Assembly (NCBI GenBank): GCA_963717935.1
Contig: CAVQXP010000004.1
Span: 1,344,001 to 1,408,000 of the forward strand
DNA length: 64,000 nt
Reading direction: 5' to 3'
Source: Candidatus Eiseniibacteriota bacterium
GTDB taxonomy: Bacteria > Eisenbacteria > RBG-16-71-46
Position numbers and translations under genes: made by a program. Positions within the stretch are counted from its first letter, which is position 1. Every line of letters begins with the position of its first letter. This document shows positions 19,054 to 29,027 of the stretch, in pieces. Below the pieces are notes generated by a model. That model made no database searches, was not told the DNA's origin, and worked only from the letters and a program-made list of their open reading frames with translations.

Positions 19054-21645
19054 ATGACGCGCCGGCAGGCCATCGGCGTGATCGCGGGCAGCCTCGCGGC
19101 GCACGGCCTGCTGCTCGCCGGATTGGCGGCGGCGCTGCCCGGGCCGCTGCGTCTGGCAGCGGCGTTCGCGGTGCTCGTCCTGGTGCCCGGCTGGGCCTTC
19201 GTCGTCCTCGGGGCGCGTGCCGCCCGGCGGCGCGTGGCTCGCGGCCGGCTGGGTGTTCGGCCTCGGGGTGGCCTGGAACGCCGCTCTCGTGCTGTTCGCG
19301 CGCGCGGCCGGGCTGCCCTTCCTCGCGCTTCTTCCCTGGACGCCGCTCACGAGCGTGCTGCCCTGGGGGCTCGTGCGTCTGGCGCGCCGGCGGAGCGCAG
19401 ACCGCGCGGGAGAGCGGGCTCGCTCGCGCGGCCGTTGCTGGCCGTGCTGCTCGCCGCTGCGTTCGCGGCCGTGCACGCGGCCCGCTTCGGGCCGCCCCTG
19501 GGGTACCTGAGCGACACGCCGGACCACGTCGGGACGCTGCGGCGCATGCTGCAGTCCGGGGATCTGTTCCCCGCCGATGCCTTCTTCCGCGATGCGGGCC
19601 GCGCGGGCGCGGACCCGCGCAAGGGTCTCTGGCACGGCATCGTCGCGCTGCTCGCGCAACTGGCGAGTGCTCGGTCCGCTCGAGGCCTGGCGCTGGCTCA
19701 GCGCCCTGGTCGCGCCGTTCCTCGTGCTCAACGTGGCCGCCCTGGGCTTCCTGTGCCGCGGCTCCACCGGCGCGGCGCTCGCGGCCTGGGTGCTGATGCT
19801 GACCTACGGGGGTGGCCTGGGGCAGAGCCCGGTCCGCCAGGCGGTCTACGCCACGCGCGTCGCGGACCAGTTGGCGCTCGCAGCCTCGGTCGCGGTGCTT
19901 GCGGACCTGGGCCGGCGCGCCTGGTCCACGCGCCTGGCCGCGGTGGCGCTGGGCTTCGCGGCGGTGACGGTGCACGTCTTCTCGGCCATCCAGTTCGCGC
20001 TGGTGCTTCCCGCGCTCGGGCTCGGGCTGCTGCTGCGCGACCGCCGTTTCGGCCCCGAGGCTGCGCCGGCTCGCCGGGACGGCCCTGCTGCTTGGCGTGG
20101 TCTGCCTGCCCTACCTGTTGTTCCGGGCGCAGCAGGCCTACGCGCCGACGAACGTGATCCATACCGAGCCCCAGGGGCTGACCTGGCTGGTCGGCTCGCT
20201 GCGCGTGGTGTCCATCGAGCAGCTCTGGGGCTGGCTGGGCCTGGCCTGGGTGCTCGTGCCACTGTCCTGGCCCTGGCTCTGGGCGCGCGGGCGGGGGAAC
20301 GTCGCGGTGCTCTTCCTGCTGACCTCCTCGCTGGCGGTGGCGCTGATCGTCTACGACCCGCCGGTCGTGGCGTTGCTGCAGCCGCGGCTCGGGTACCTGC
20401 TCATGCGCATGGTCTGGATCGTGCCCTTCGCCGTGCTCGTGGCCTGGCTGCTGCCGGAACTGCGTCGCAGGCGCGCGGACGGGCGGGGCCTGGTGGGCTC
20501 GCGCAGGGGCGGGAGCGCTGCTCGCCCTGGCGCTCGCGCTGCTCGCGCCCTCGGTCCGCGACGCCGTGCGCGCGCTCCGCGGTCCCGGGCCGGGCGCGGC
20601 GGTGGAGCAGGAGGAGGACCCGCGGCGCTGGCAGGCCGATTTCGACTGGATGGCGCGGCACCTCGACCCCGGCTGCGTGGTGCTCTCCGATCCCGCGACG
20701 TCGTACCTGGTGCCCATGATGACCGGGCGCTACGTGGCCACGCTCGTGGACCAGCACAGCTCGCCCAACGATTCGCTCGGGCTCACGCGCATCCTCGACG
20801 CCCGCGACGCGCTCGACCCGTACGGGACCTGGGAGCGCACGCGGGAGGTCGTCCGGCGCTACGGCGTGGGCGCCATCGTGCTCAACGACCGCTTCGAGGA
20901 GCCGCTGCCCCTGGACTACTGGGCGCCCCGGCATCCCTGGTTCCTCGCCGCGCGCGCGCGCTTCGATGCGCACCCCGAGGTCTTCCCGCCGCTCCACGAC
21001 ACGGGCGACCTGGTCGTGTACGGGCTCCGGAAGGCGGGGCTCGACACCCTGTCCGGCCCCGCGACCGCGCGTCCCTTCGTGGAGGCGTGGGCGCCGGGAT
21101 CGATCGCGGGCACACCTGTCTCTCGAGACCCGCTGGAGCGCGCTCCCGAGCTCGTCGGGTTCACGCTCGCCACCCGCGTGGCCGCGCCGGGCGACAACCT
21201 GACCGGAGTGGCCCGCTGGCGCGCGGCCCGTCCAGCCGGTGCGGGGGCGTGGCGCGTCGTCGTGCGGTTCGACCGCGCCCTGCCTGCGGGTTTCGCACCC
21301 CCGGCGTTCATCGGCAAACCGGCGCGGAAGCTCCTCGAGCGGCTGCGGCGCGAGCGCTATGGCTTCCGTTCCTACCACCTGCCCGCCCGCGGAGACTACG
21401 GCGTGGACCTGTGGAAGGGGGATGAAGTGGTGCAGGATTCCTTTGCGCTGTGGGTGCCCCCGGACATGGCCGAGGGGACCTACCAGGTCGAGATGCGCAT
21501 GCTGCGGCAGCCCCACTACCCGAACCTCCGGCTGAGCGAGTGGTTCTTTGATCGCGACCACGACCCGGGCGCGCCGGGGGGGACGCTCGTCGTGAGCCGC
21601 GGAGCGGCCGGGTCCGGTTTGAACCGGTGCGGGAACGCTCGCTAG
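19054..21645 (+). CDS. Large polytopic membrane protein, GT-C-like, with C-terminal extracytoplasmic domain (about 5 frameshifts)
   Basis: Hydrophobic segments across frames (LVLVPGWA, SDTPDHVG loop after TM, VHVFSAIQ), followed by soluble domain VVLSDPATSY...RRYGVGAIVLN...DLVVY; ends at TAG 21645. Confidence 0.55.
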
Positions 21646-21859
21646 AATGTTCCAGACTCGTGCCGAGTCGTGGGGCGGCCCCCCCGAGACGCTGGCACCG
21701 CACCTGTCATCGCGGATGGACCACGCATCCACGTCAGCCCAAGGGAGCCAGTGACTTGCCGACCCGCAACCAGGCCATGACCGCCCCCCCAGTCCCGCAG
21801 GTCCCACGCCGCCCGTCCCGCCGTCCCGGAGCGAGTCGCGCCCGTCGCGGGGTGGCCCG

Positions 21860-22964
21860 TTGAGCCGGCGTCGCATCGTCTGCGTCGCGGGCGTGCGCCC
21901 CAATTTCATGAAGGTGGCCGCCCTCCTGCGCGCGCTGCGCGGGCACAAGACGCTGGAGGGCCTGCTGGTCCACACCGGCCAGCACTACGACGCCAGCATG
22001 TCCGACTCCTTCCTGTCCGACCTGGAACTGCCCGAGCCGGTCGCCCACTTCCACGTGGGCCCGGACCTGCCGACGCGGCAGACCGCCCGCATCATGGAGG
22101 CCTTCGAGCAGGCGCTGGCCGGGCTCGCTCGCCGACCTGGTGCTGGTCGTGGGGGACGCCAACTCGACCCTGGCCTGTGCGCTCACCGCGGTGAAGTGCC
22201 GCATCCCCGTGGTGCACGTCGAGGCCGGGCTGCGCAGCTTCGACCGCGCGATGCCCGAGGAGATCAACCGCATCCTGACGGACCAGATGGCCGAACTGCT
22301 GTTCGTCACCGAGCAGAGCGGCATCGAGAACCTGCGCCGGGAGGGGGTCCCGGACGGGCGCGTCCACCTCACCGGCAACACCATGATCGACACGCTGGTG
22401 CACCTCATGCCGCGCATCGACGCGGCGCGCACCGCGGAGAGCCTGGGCCTGGAGCACGGCGGCTACGCCGTGGCCACGTTCCACCGCCCGAGCAACGTGG
22501 ACGACCCGGTCCGGCTTGCCGCGCTCGTGGACCTGCTGGCCGAGCTGGCGGGGAAGCTGCCGGTCGTGTTCCCTGTCCATCCTCGCACGCGCGGGACCCT
22601 CGAGGCCGCCGGCCTGTGGGAGCGAGTGGCGGCCGTGCCGGCGGTGCGCATCCTGGGGCCGCAGTCCTATTTCGACTTCCTGTCGCTGATGAAGGGTAGC
22701 CGCTTCGTGCTGACCGACTCCGGGGGCATCCAGGAGGAGACGACCTTCCTGGGTGTGCCGTGCGTCACGGCCCGGACCTCGACGGAGCGGCCGGTCACCA
22801 CCGAGATCGGCACGAACATCCTGGTCGGGGAGGATTTCGACCGTTCGCGTGAGGCCGTCGGCCGCATCCTCGCCGGCGAGGCACGCCGCGGCGCGATTCC
22901 CCCCCTGTGGGACGGCCACTCCGCGGAGCGGACGGTGGCGGTCCTGGAACAGCGATCGGCGTGA
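21860..22964 (+). CDS. wecB: UDP-N-acetylglucosamine 2-epimerase (non-hydrolysing), frameshift near 22130
   Basis: GVRPNFMK, HTGQHYD, VVGDANST, HVEAGLRSFDRAMPEEINR, TDSGGIQEE, ERPVT. Confidence 0.92.
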
Positions 22965-24103
22965 GCGCCTCGCGGCCGGGCCTGTTCTTCCTGTCGGATC
23001 AGCTCGAGTCGCCGCCGCGGCTCGGCTACCAGATCCACTTGCTGGCGCTGATCCGTGCGGTCGGCCCGCTCGTGCCGACACGCGGATTCTGCTGGATGGC
23101 CGCGTCGCCGGCCCCGCCTGCCGGCCTGGTCGCGCTGGATCCGGCCGCCGCACCGCGGGGCAGGCTGGCCCGCAAGCGCCACTACGTCGCGCGCGCCTTC
23201 GCGCACATCGACCGCGAGGCCGCGCCCGGCTCCGTGGTCTGGGTGCGGAACTACTCCACCGCCCTGCTCGCGCTCCCCGGGCTCCGCCGACGCCGGCGCG
23301 CGGGGATCCGCAGCGTCTACGACGCATCGTGCATCCTGCGGCTCGAGGTGCCGGACGCCTCGAACCGTCTCGCCGCCTCCCTGAGCAGCTTCGTCGAGGA
23401 GTGCCTGCGGCCGCACTTCGACCGGGTGCGCACGCTGAATGGCCCGATGCGCGACTACCTGGTCAGGCACGGGGTCCCGGCGGAGCGGATCGTCGTGATC
23501 CCGGTGGGTGCCGAGCCGCAGGCCGAGCACTGGCGCCTGCGCGACGCGCCCCGGCGGCTGCTCTATGTCGGCAGCGCCATGGCTTGGCAGGGCCTGCCCA
23601 AGCTGCTCGAGGCGATGCGCATCCTCGAGCGGCGGTCCCCGGAGGTCCGGCTGAGCCTGGTGGGCCCCACGGCCGCGGAACTCGCGGGGCTGGCCCTGCC
23701 GGCGAACGTGCGTGCGCTCGGACACGTGCCCCACGCGGAGATCGGCCGCGTGTATCTCGAGCACGACCTGTTCGTGCTGCCGCGGCCGCGCTCGCCGCTC
23801 ACCGAGACCGTGACGCCCATGAAGATCCTCGAAGCGATGGCCTTCGGGATGCCGATCCTGGCCACGGACCTCGAGGCCATCCGCTGGGCGACGGGGCCGG
23901 ACGGGGCGTTCCTGCACCGCGACGGCAGCCCCGAGACGCTGGCTGCGGCCATCGAGGCGGCGCTCGCCGATTCGAGCGCCCTGGCCGCGACCGGCGCTCG
24001 AGCGCTCGAGCGCTCGGCCCGCTTCAGTTGGGAGGAGATCGGTCGTGGCATCGTCCGCGAACTGTTTCCGCGAGGTGAGTCACCCCCCGTTCCGACGACG
24101 TAG
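22961..24103 (+). CDS. GT4 (group 1) glycosyltransferase
   Basis: LLYVGSAMAWQG, VPHAEI, PMKILEAMAFGMPILAT, RFSWEEI. Confidence 0.88.
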   Translation: MSASRPGLFFLSDQLESPPRLGYQIHLLALIRAVGPLVPTRGFCWMAASPAPPAGLVALDPAAAPRGRLARKRHYVARAFAHIDREAAPGSVVWVRNYSTALLALPGLRRRRRAGIRSVYDASCILRLEVPDASNRLAASLSSFVEECLRPHFDRVRTLNGPMRDYLVRHGVPAERIVVIPVGAEPQAEHWRLRDAPRRLLYVGSAMAWQGLPKLLEAMRILERRSPEVRLSLVGPTAAELAGLALPANVRALGHVPHAEIGRVYLEHDLFVLPRPRSPLTETVTPMKILEAMAFGMPILATDLEAIRWATGPDGAFLHRDGSPETLAAAIEAALADSSALAATGARALERSARFSWEEIGRGIVRELFPRGESPPVPTT

Positions 24104-24915
24104 CCGGACTGAACCGCGCCGGGCTCTCCGGAGCGCCTGCTAGCTAGCGAGCGCCGCCAACTCGGCCGGGGCTTCCTGGCAGCGACAGTGCGCCTCCTCG
24201 TGCCCCGCACGGGGGGATATCCGACCAGCTCGAGTGGACGCGGGGAATGAACCAAGTGATTCGTTCCAGCGTCGCGAACTCGACGGCCTTCGAGGCCGCG
24301 CCGCGGTCCCCGACGCTGGATCACTGCGGTCTTGAACAGGCCGATTGCGGGTCTGGCCAGCGCGCTGTCGCGCGAGTCGCCGGGAGGGCCGGCCGGGGGC
24401 TCGTTCCCGACGTCAGCCAACCGCCCGGCGCAGCGGATCGACAGGCACTGCCCCCGCGTTCGCGATGATGCACCAACCCGGTTCGCAGTGCGCCTGATCT
24501 CGCCCGCCTCCATGTTCGCGTTGTCCGGTTGAAGAGACTGAGTGTCTCGCCGCCTCCAGCCGGTGGCCCTGAGCGCATGAACGGGGCGCGCTCTGGGCGC
24601 AGGCGCGGACGCGCGCCCATTGGACGGCCTGCCGAGGGTGCGCTAGACTTTGTCATAGACTGGCGCGATTCCAACCCGGGTCGTGCCCCGCATCGAATGT
24701 GGCGCCGACAGGAGCCCGATCGCATCTCATTGTCCCAGGCGATGCACCAGATTCCCGCCCGACATCCGACCGCGCACCGGGGCTGTGGACCGACGGCCCC
24801 GGATGCTAGACTTGATGCTCCGAGGCATGGGCCTCATCCCTCGGCGGGCGGTCCGTCTAGTGCCGTGCCGGCAGCGTCCGGGTAGCGTGGACAGATGGAA
24901 ACGGGGGATTTGTTG

Positions 24916-26766
24916 ATGAAACGACCGACGTACATCCTCGGGATCTCGGCCTTCTACCATGACAGTGCGGCCGCCCTCATTCGCGACGGCGAGATTGTCG
25001 CCGCGGCCCAGGAGGAGCGCTTCTCCCGCAAGAAGCACGACCCCCGTTTCCCCGCCCACGCGGTAAAGTACTGTCTTGCGTTTGCCGGCCTCGAACTTGG
25101 GGACGTGGACTACGTCGTTTTCTACGACAAGCCGATGCTGAAGTTCGAGCGCCTGCTCGAGACCTACTACGCCTTCGCTCCGCGTGGCGTGGCCTCCTTC
25201 GTCACCGCCATGCCGGTCTGGCTGAAGGAGAAGCTCGCGCTCAAGCGGCTGCTCCGCGACGAGCTCGAGAACCTCGGCCGGGGCCCGGTCCGCGGCAAAC
25301 TGCTCTTCCCAGAGCACCACCTGTCGCACGCCGCGAGTGCCTTCTACCCGTCGCCCTACGACGAGGCTGCGGTCCTCACGGTGGACGGCGTGGGCGAGTA
25401 CGCCACGACCACGGGCGGACACGGCCGGGGAAGGGACCTGCGAATCACCCGACAGATCGACTTCCCGCACTCACTCGGCCTGCTCTACTCAGCCTTCACC
25501 TACCATACCGGCTTCAAGGTGAACTCCGGCGAATACAAGGTCATGGGCCTGGCGCCCTATGGCGAGCCTCGCTATGTGAAGACACTCTATGAGCATATCA
25601 TCGACGTGCGACCGGACGGCTCGTACCGGCTCGATATGAAGTACTTCGAGTACGCCACCGGCCTGAAGATGACCAGCGGCGCATTCGACGAGTTGTTCGG
25701 GCACAAGCCCCGTGATCCCGAGAGCACGCTCACGCAGCACGAGATGGACATGGCCGCCTCCCTGCAGGTCGTCACCGAGGAGGTCATGCTCAAGCTCGCC
25801 TGCCACGCGCACGAGCAGACCCGCTCAAAGAACCTGGTGCTGGCCGGTGGGGTCGCGCTCAACTGTGTGGCCAACGGTCGGATCCTGCGGGAGGGGCCTT
25901 TCGAGAATGTCTGGATTCAGCCCGCCGCGGGCGATGCCGGCGGCGCGGTCGGCGCGGCGCTCGCGGTGTGGCACATGTATCTTGGCAATGGGCGCCAGAG
26001 CGACGGGCGGACCGACCGCATGAAGGGCGCCTACCTTGGCCCGGAGTTCAGCGACGACGAGGTCGAGCGCCGACTTGCGCGCCTGGGCGCGGTCGCCACG
26101 CGCATCCCGGACGACGACGTGCTCTACCGCGAGGCCGCCCGGCTGATCGACGAGGGCAATGTCATCGGCTGGCACCAGGGCCGCATGGAGTTCGGCCCCC
26201 GCGCGCTCGGCGCGCGCTCGATCGTGGGTGACGCGCGAAACAAGGAAATGCAGAAGAAGATGAATCTGAAGATCAAGTACCGCGAGTCGTTCCGGCCCTT
26301 TGCGCCCTCGGTCATGCTCGAGATGGTCAACGAGTACTTCGACCTCGACCGCGAGTCCCCGTACATGCTGCTGGTCGACTACGTCAAGAAGGGGCGCCAG
26401 AATCCGATGACCGAGGAGCAGGAGCGGCTCTTTGGCATCGACAAGCTGAACATCATCCGGTCTGACATCCCAGCCATCACGCACATCGACTATTCCGCGC
26501 GTATCCAGACCGTGGACCGCGCCACCGCCCCGCGGTACTGGAACCTGATCAACGCCTTCAAGGAGCGCTCGGGCTACGGCATCGTCGTCAACACCTCGTT
26601 CAACGTTCGCGGCGAGCCGATCGTGTGCACGCCCGAGGATTCGTACCTATGCTTCATGCGCACCGAGATGGACTACCTCTTCTGCGGGAACTGGATGATG
26701 TCGAAGACCGAGCAGCCAAAGCTGCGCGACGACGTCGACTGGCGCCGGCAGTACGAACTCGACTAG
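24916..26766 (+). CDS. Carbamoyltransferase, NodU/CmcH/TobZ family (SxtI-like)
   Basis: ILGISAFYHDSAA, AAQEERF, EHHLSHAASAF, DGVGE, GEYKVMGLAPYG, AGGVALNC, EFGPRALG, KYRESFRPFAP, NTSFN. Confidence 0.95.
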   Translation: MKRPTYILGISAFYHDSAAALIRDGEIVAAAQEERFSRKKHDPRFPAHAVKYCLAFAGLELGDVDYVVFYDKPMLKFERLLETYYAFAPRGVASFVTAMPVWLKEKLALKRLLRDELENLGRGPVRGKLLFPEHHLSHAASAFYPSPYDEAAVLTVDGVGEYATTTGGHGRGRDLRITRQIDFPHSLGLLYSAFTYHTGFKVNSGEYKVMGLAPYGEPRYVKTLYEHIIDVRPDGSYRLDMKYFEYATGLKMTSGAFDELFGHKPRDPESTLTQHEMDMAASLQVVTEEVMLKLACHAHEQTRSKNLVLAGGVALNCVANGRILREGPFENVWIQPAAGDAGGAVGAALAVWHMYLGNGRQSDGRTDRMKGAYLGPEFSDDEVERRLARLGAVATRIPDDDVLYREAARLIDEGNVIGWHQGRMEFGPRALGARSIVGDARNKEMQKKMNLKIKYRESFRPFAPSVMLEMVNEYFDLDRESPYMLLVDYVKKGRQNPMTEEQERLFGIDKLNIIRSDIPAITHIDYSARIQTVDRATAPRYWNLINAFKERSGYGIVVNTSFNVRGEPIVCTPEDSYLCFMRTEMDYLFCGNWMMSKTEQPKLRDDVDWRRQYELD

Positions 26767-26790
26767 CCCGACCGGAGGAGGGAGACCACG

Positions 26791-27186
26791 ATGTCGAAAG
26801 TCTCTGACTACCAGACGCGCCTCGGCTCCATGCAACTGGCGGGGGCTTTTGCGCTGCTCTTCCTAGTCCTGCATCTGCTGCACCAACGTTCCGACCCGCT
26901 GTTCCTCCACATCGCGGTCGGCTGCCTGGTGCTCGGGGTGTTCTTCTATCGCCTGCTGACGCCGGTCTTCTGGCTCTGGTCCCGCTTCGGCACGCTCCTC
27001 AACAAGGTGATCGGGCCGCTCGTCTTTGGCCTGCTCTTCTACGGCTTCCTGACGCCGATTGCGCTGCTGCGCCGGCTGGCAGGCGGCAAGGGTCTGCCGA
27101 CCGGCTTCGCGCCGCCGGGGGAGAGCGCCTGGATCAAGCGCGGGGACGAGCCGTTCAAGCCCGCCGAGTTCGAGAGGCAGTTCTAG
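26791..27186 (+). CDS. SxtJ-family small membrane protein
   Basis: TM helices, LTPVFWLWSRFGTLL, LFYGFLTPIALLRR, SAWIKR...ERQF; directly after the carbamoyltransferase; GGAGG RBS. Confidence 0.8.
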   Translation: MSKVSDYQTRLGSMQLAGAFALLFLVLHLLHQRSDPLFLHIAVGCLVLGVFFYRLLTPVFWLWSRFGTLLNKVIGPLVFGLLFYGFLTPIALLRRLAGGKGLPTGFAPPGESAWIKRGDEPFKPAEFERQF

Positions 27187-27202
27187 CCCGCCGGGTCGCG
27201 CG

Positions 27203-28579
27203 ATGACCGATCCCCGGCACGCACGGAACGTCAGGGTCCTCTTCGGGCTCGTCACCCTGGCGGGTTTCGTCACGGTGATCATCGGGCTGCTGTTCACCGA
27301 GCGGCTGCTCACTCCGTTTGCAGACCACCCGCACATCAATCCGATCAATGTGCGCTACATCCGCCTTGTGCAGATCCGCTATCTCGTCCTTGGAGCGTCG
27401 CTATCCGCGCTCGGGCTGCTGCTCCCACGCATCATCGGGTTCCGGGACTGGCTGGCGGGGCAGCCCCGCGCGATCAACGTCATCCTGCTGCTGTCCTTCG
27501 TCGCGTGGCCGTGCGCGATTCTTGAGCTGGCGCTCTGGGCGCACCCGCAGTTCTCGACCGCCGAGACCCTCAAGCGCTCGATCAGCTACGTTCCCTCCGC
27601 GTTCAGCGTCCACCGCATGGTAGAGCGCGAGCAGACCGTGCTTGCCCCCGACCTGCTGAACCGCAGGCCCATCTACTCGATTCGAAATGGCTACCGAAGC
27701 CGGCCCTTCGACGTGCGCAAGCCGGCGGGGGAGATCCGCATCTTCATCATCGGCGGGTCCCACGTCCTGGACGCCTGGTCCTACGGGGAGCAGGACTGGC
27801 CCACCGCGACCGAGACCCGTCTGCACGAGCTCGGCTTCCGCAACGTGCGCGTCATCAATGCCGGCACGGCGGGCCACCGCACCTTCGACGCGCTGGGGCG
27901 ACTGGTCTCGGAGATCCACCTCTACGCCCCCGACTACGTGGTGCTCTGCTGCACGTACAACGACCTCAAGTTCTTTCCCTGGGTGAGCCCGGAAAGAACC
28001 CTGCTCAAGGGCATCGAGCCGCTGCCGGGCCCGACGCACCGCCCGATCGGGTTCCTGCGCTGGCTGCTCGAACACAGCCAGCTCTATGTGCGCGCGAGCA
28101 ACGCCGTTGCACAGCTCACCGGGCGTGTCGCGAAGCAAGCGGGCGGCGACCTCGACGTCGCCCCAACCGAGGGCGGCTACCAGGAGATCAGCCCCTACGC
28201 GCTGCGGCAGTATCAGCTGCAGCTGCGGGTCTTCGCGGACATTTGCACGAACGCCGGCATCCAGCCGGTATTCTTCACCGAATCGCGGCTGATCACCCAG
28301 GCCAACTACGCCGAGATTGAGAAGAAGGGTGGCTACCGGACCACGATCAGGCTCGCCCCGGGAACCCTGGCCGACACGTATCGGCAGTGTGACTCGCTGC
28401 TGCGTCTGGTGGCCGAGGAGAAACACGCCTACTTCTTCGATCTGGCGAAGACCGTAAGCGGCATCGAAGCCGACTTCCGTGACCCGATTCACCTTGAACC
28501 ACAGGGTAGCGCTGTCGTCGCGGCGAGCGCGGCCGACTACCTTTCCACCATCCTCAAGAAACGAAAGAGCGAGAGGTGA
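27203..28579 (+). CDS. Membrane-anchored SGNH/GDSL hydrolase-family protein (SxtL-like)
   Basis: Three N-terminal TM segments; block I IIGGSH, block II INAGTAG, block III TYND, block V DPIHL. Confidence 0.82.
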   Translation: MTDPRHARNVRVLFGLVTLAGFVTVIIGLLFTERLLTPFADHPHINPINVRYIRLVQIRYLVLGASLSALGLLLPRIIGFRDWLAGQPRAINVILLLSFVAWPCAILELALWAHPQFSTAETLKRSISYVPSAFSVHRMVEREQTVLAPDLLNRRPIYSIRNGYRSRPFDVRKPAGEIRIFIIGGSHVLDAWSYGEQDWPTATETRLHELGFRNVRVINAGTAGHRTFDALGRLVSEIHLYAPDYVVLCCTYNDLKFFPWVSPERTLLKGIEPLPGPTHRPIGFLRWLLEHSQLYVRASNAVAQLTGRVAKQAGGDLDVAPTEGGYQEISPYALRQYQLQLRVFADICTNAGIQPVFFTESRLITQANYAEIEKKGGYRTTIRLAPGTLADTYRQCDSLLRLVAEEKHAYFFDLAKTVSGIEADFRDPIHLEPQGSAVVAASAADYLSTILKKRKSER

Positions 28580-28582
28580 AGC

Positions 28583-28732
28583 ATGGACTTCCTGACTGAC
28601 CTGTGGGTGTTCCTCAAGGAACGCAAGAAGTGGTGGCTGCTCCCCGTCATCGTCGTGGTGCTCGTGTTCGGCATCGTCCTCGTGTTCGGGGGCGCCTCTG
28701 CACTCTCGCCGTTCATCTACGCCCTGTTCTAG
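28583..28732 (+). CDS. 49-aa SxtK/DUF5989-family membrane peptide (absent from the ORF track)
   Basis: Translated by hand: MDFLTDLWVFLKERKKWWLLPVIVVVLVFGIVLVFGGASALSPFIYALF*; GAGGTG RBS; RKKWWLLP and PFIYxLF hallmark motifs. Confidence 0.88.
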   Translation: MDFLTDLWVFLKERKKWWLLPVIVVVLVFGIVLVFGGASALSPFIYALF

Positions 28733-29027
28733 CAGCACGGAGCGTAGGGCGGGGGGGGGACGTCGGCGCGCGATCGAAATCACACTCACCATGGGTCTGA
28801 CTGCCCCCGCTGCTGCGCCCCCCACGCCGGGCGTCCGGGGCGCGGCGCGCTTGCGTGCCAGTGGGTCCGCAGGAAGGCCGGCATGTGGCCGGGGTCCGCG
28901 CGTTCCGGCAAGTTGCCGCCGTCAGGTCGCCTCTTTCACCCGTACCAAAGCCGGTGTCATCGGTCATGCAAAAGTCCCCACTTGCGGTCAGTGAAAGTTC
29001 CCCACCCGCACCGAGAGGAGGAGCGGG

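Noticed and set aside
24916..28732. Saxitoxin biosynthesis cluster
   Set aside because: Only sxtI/J/K/L-like genes are present; no sxtA, sxtG, sxtB or other core genes, and the context is polysaccharide synthesis
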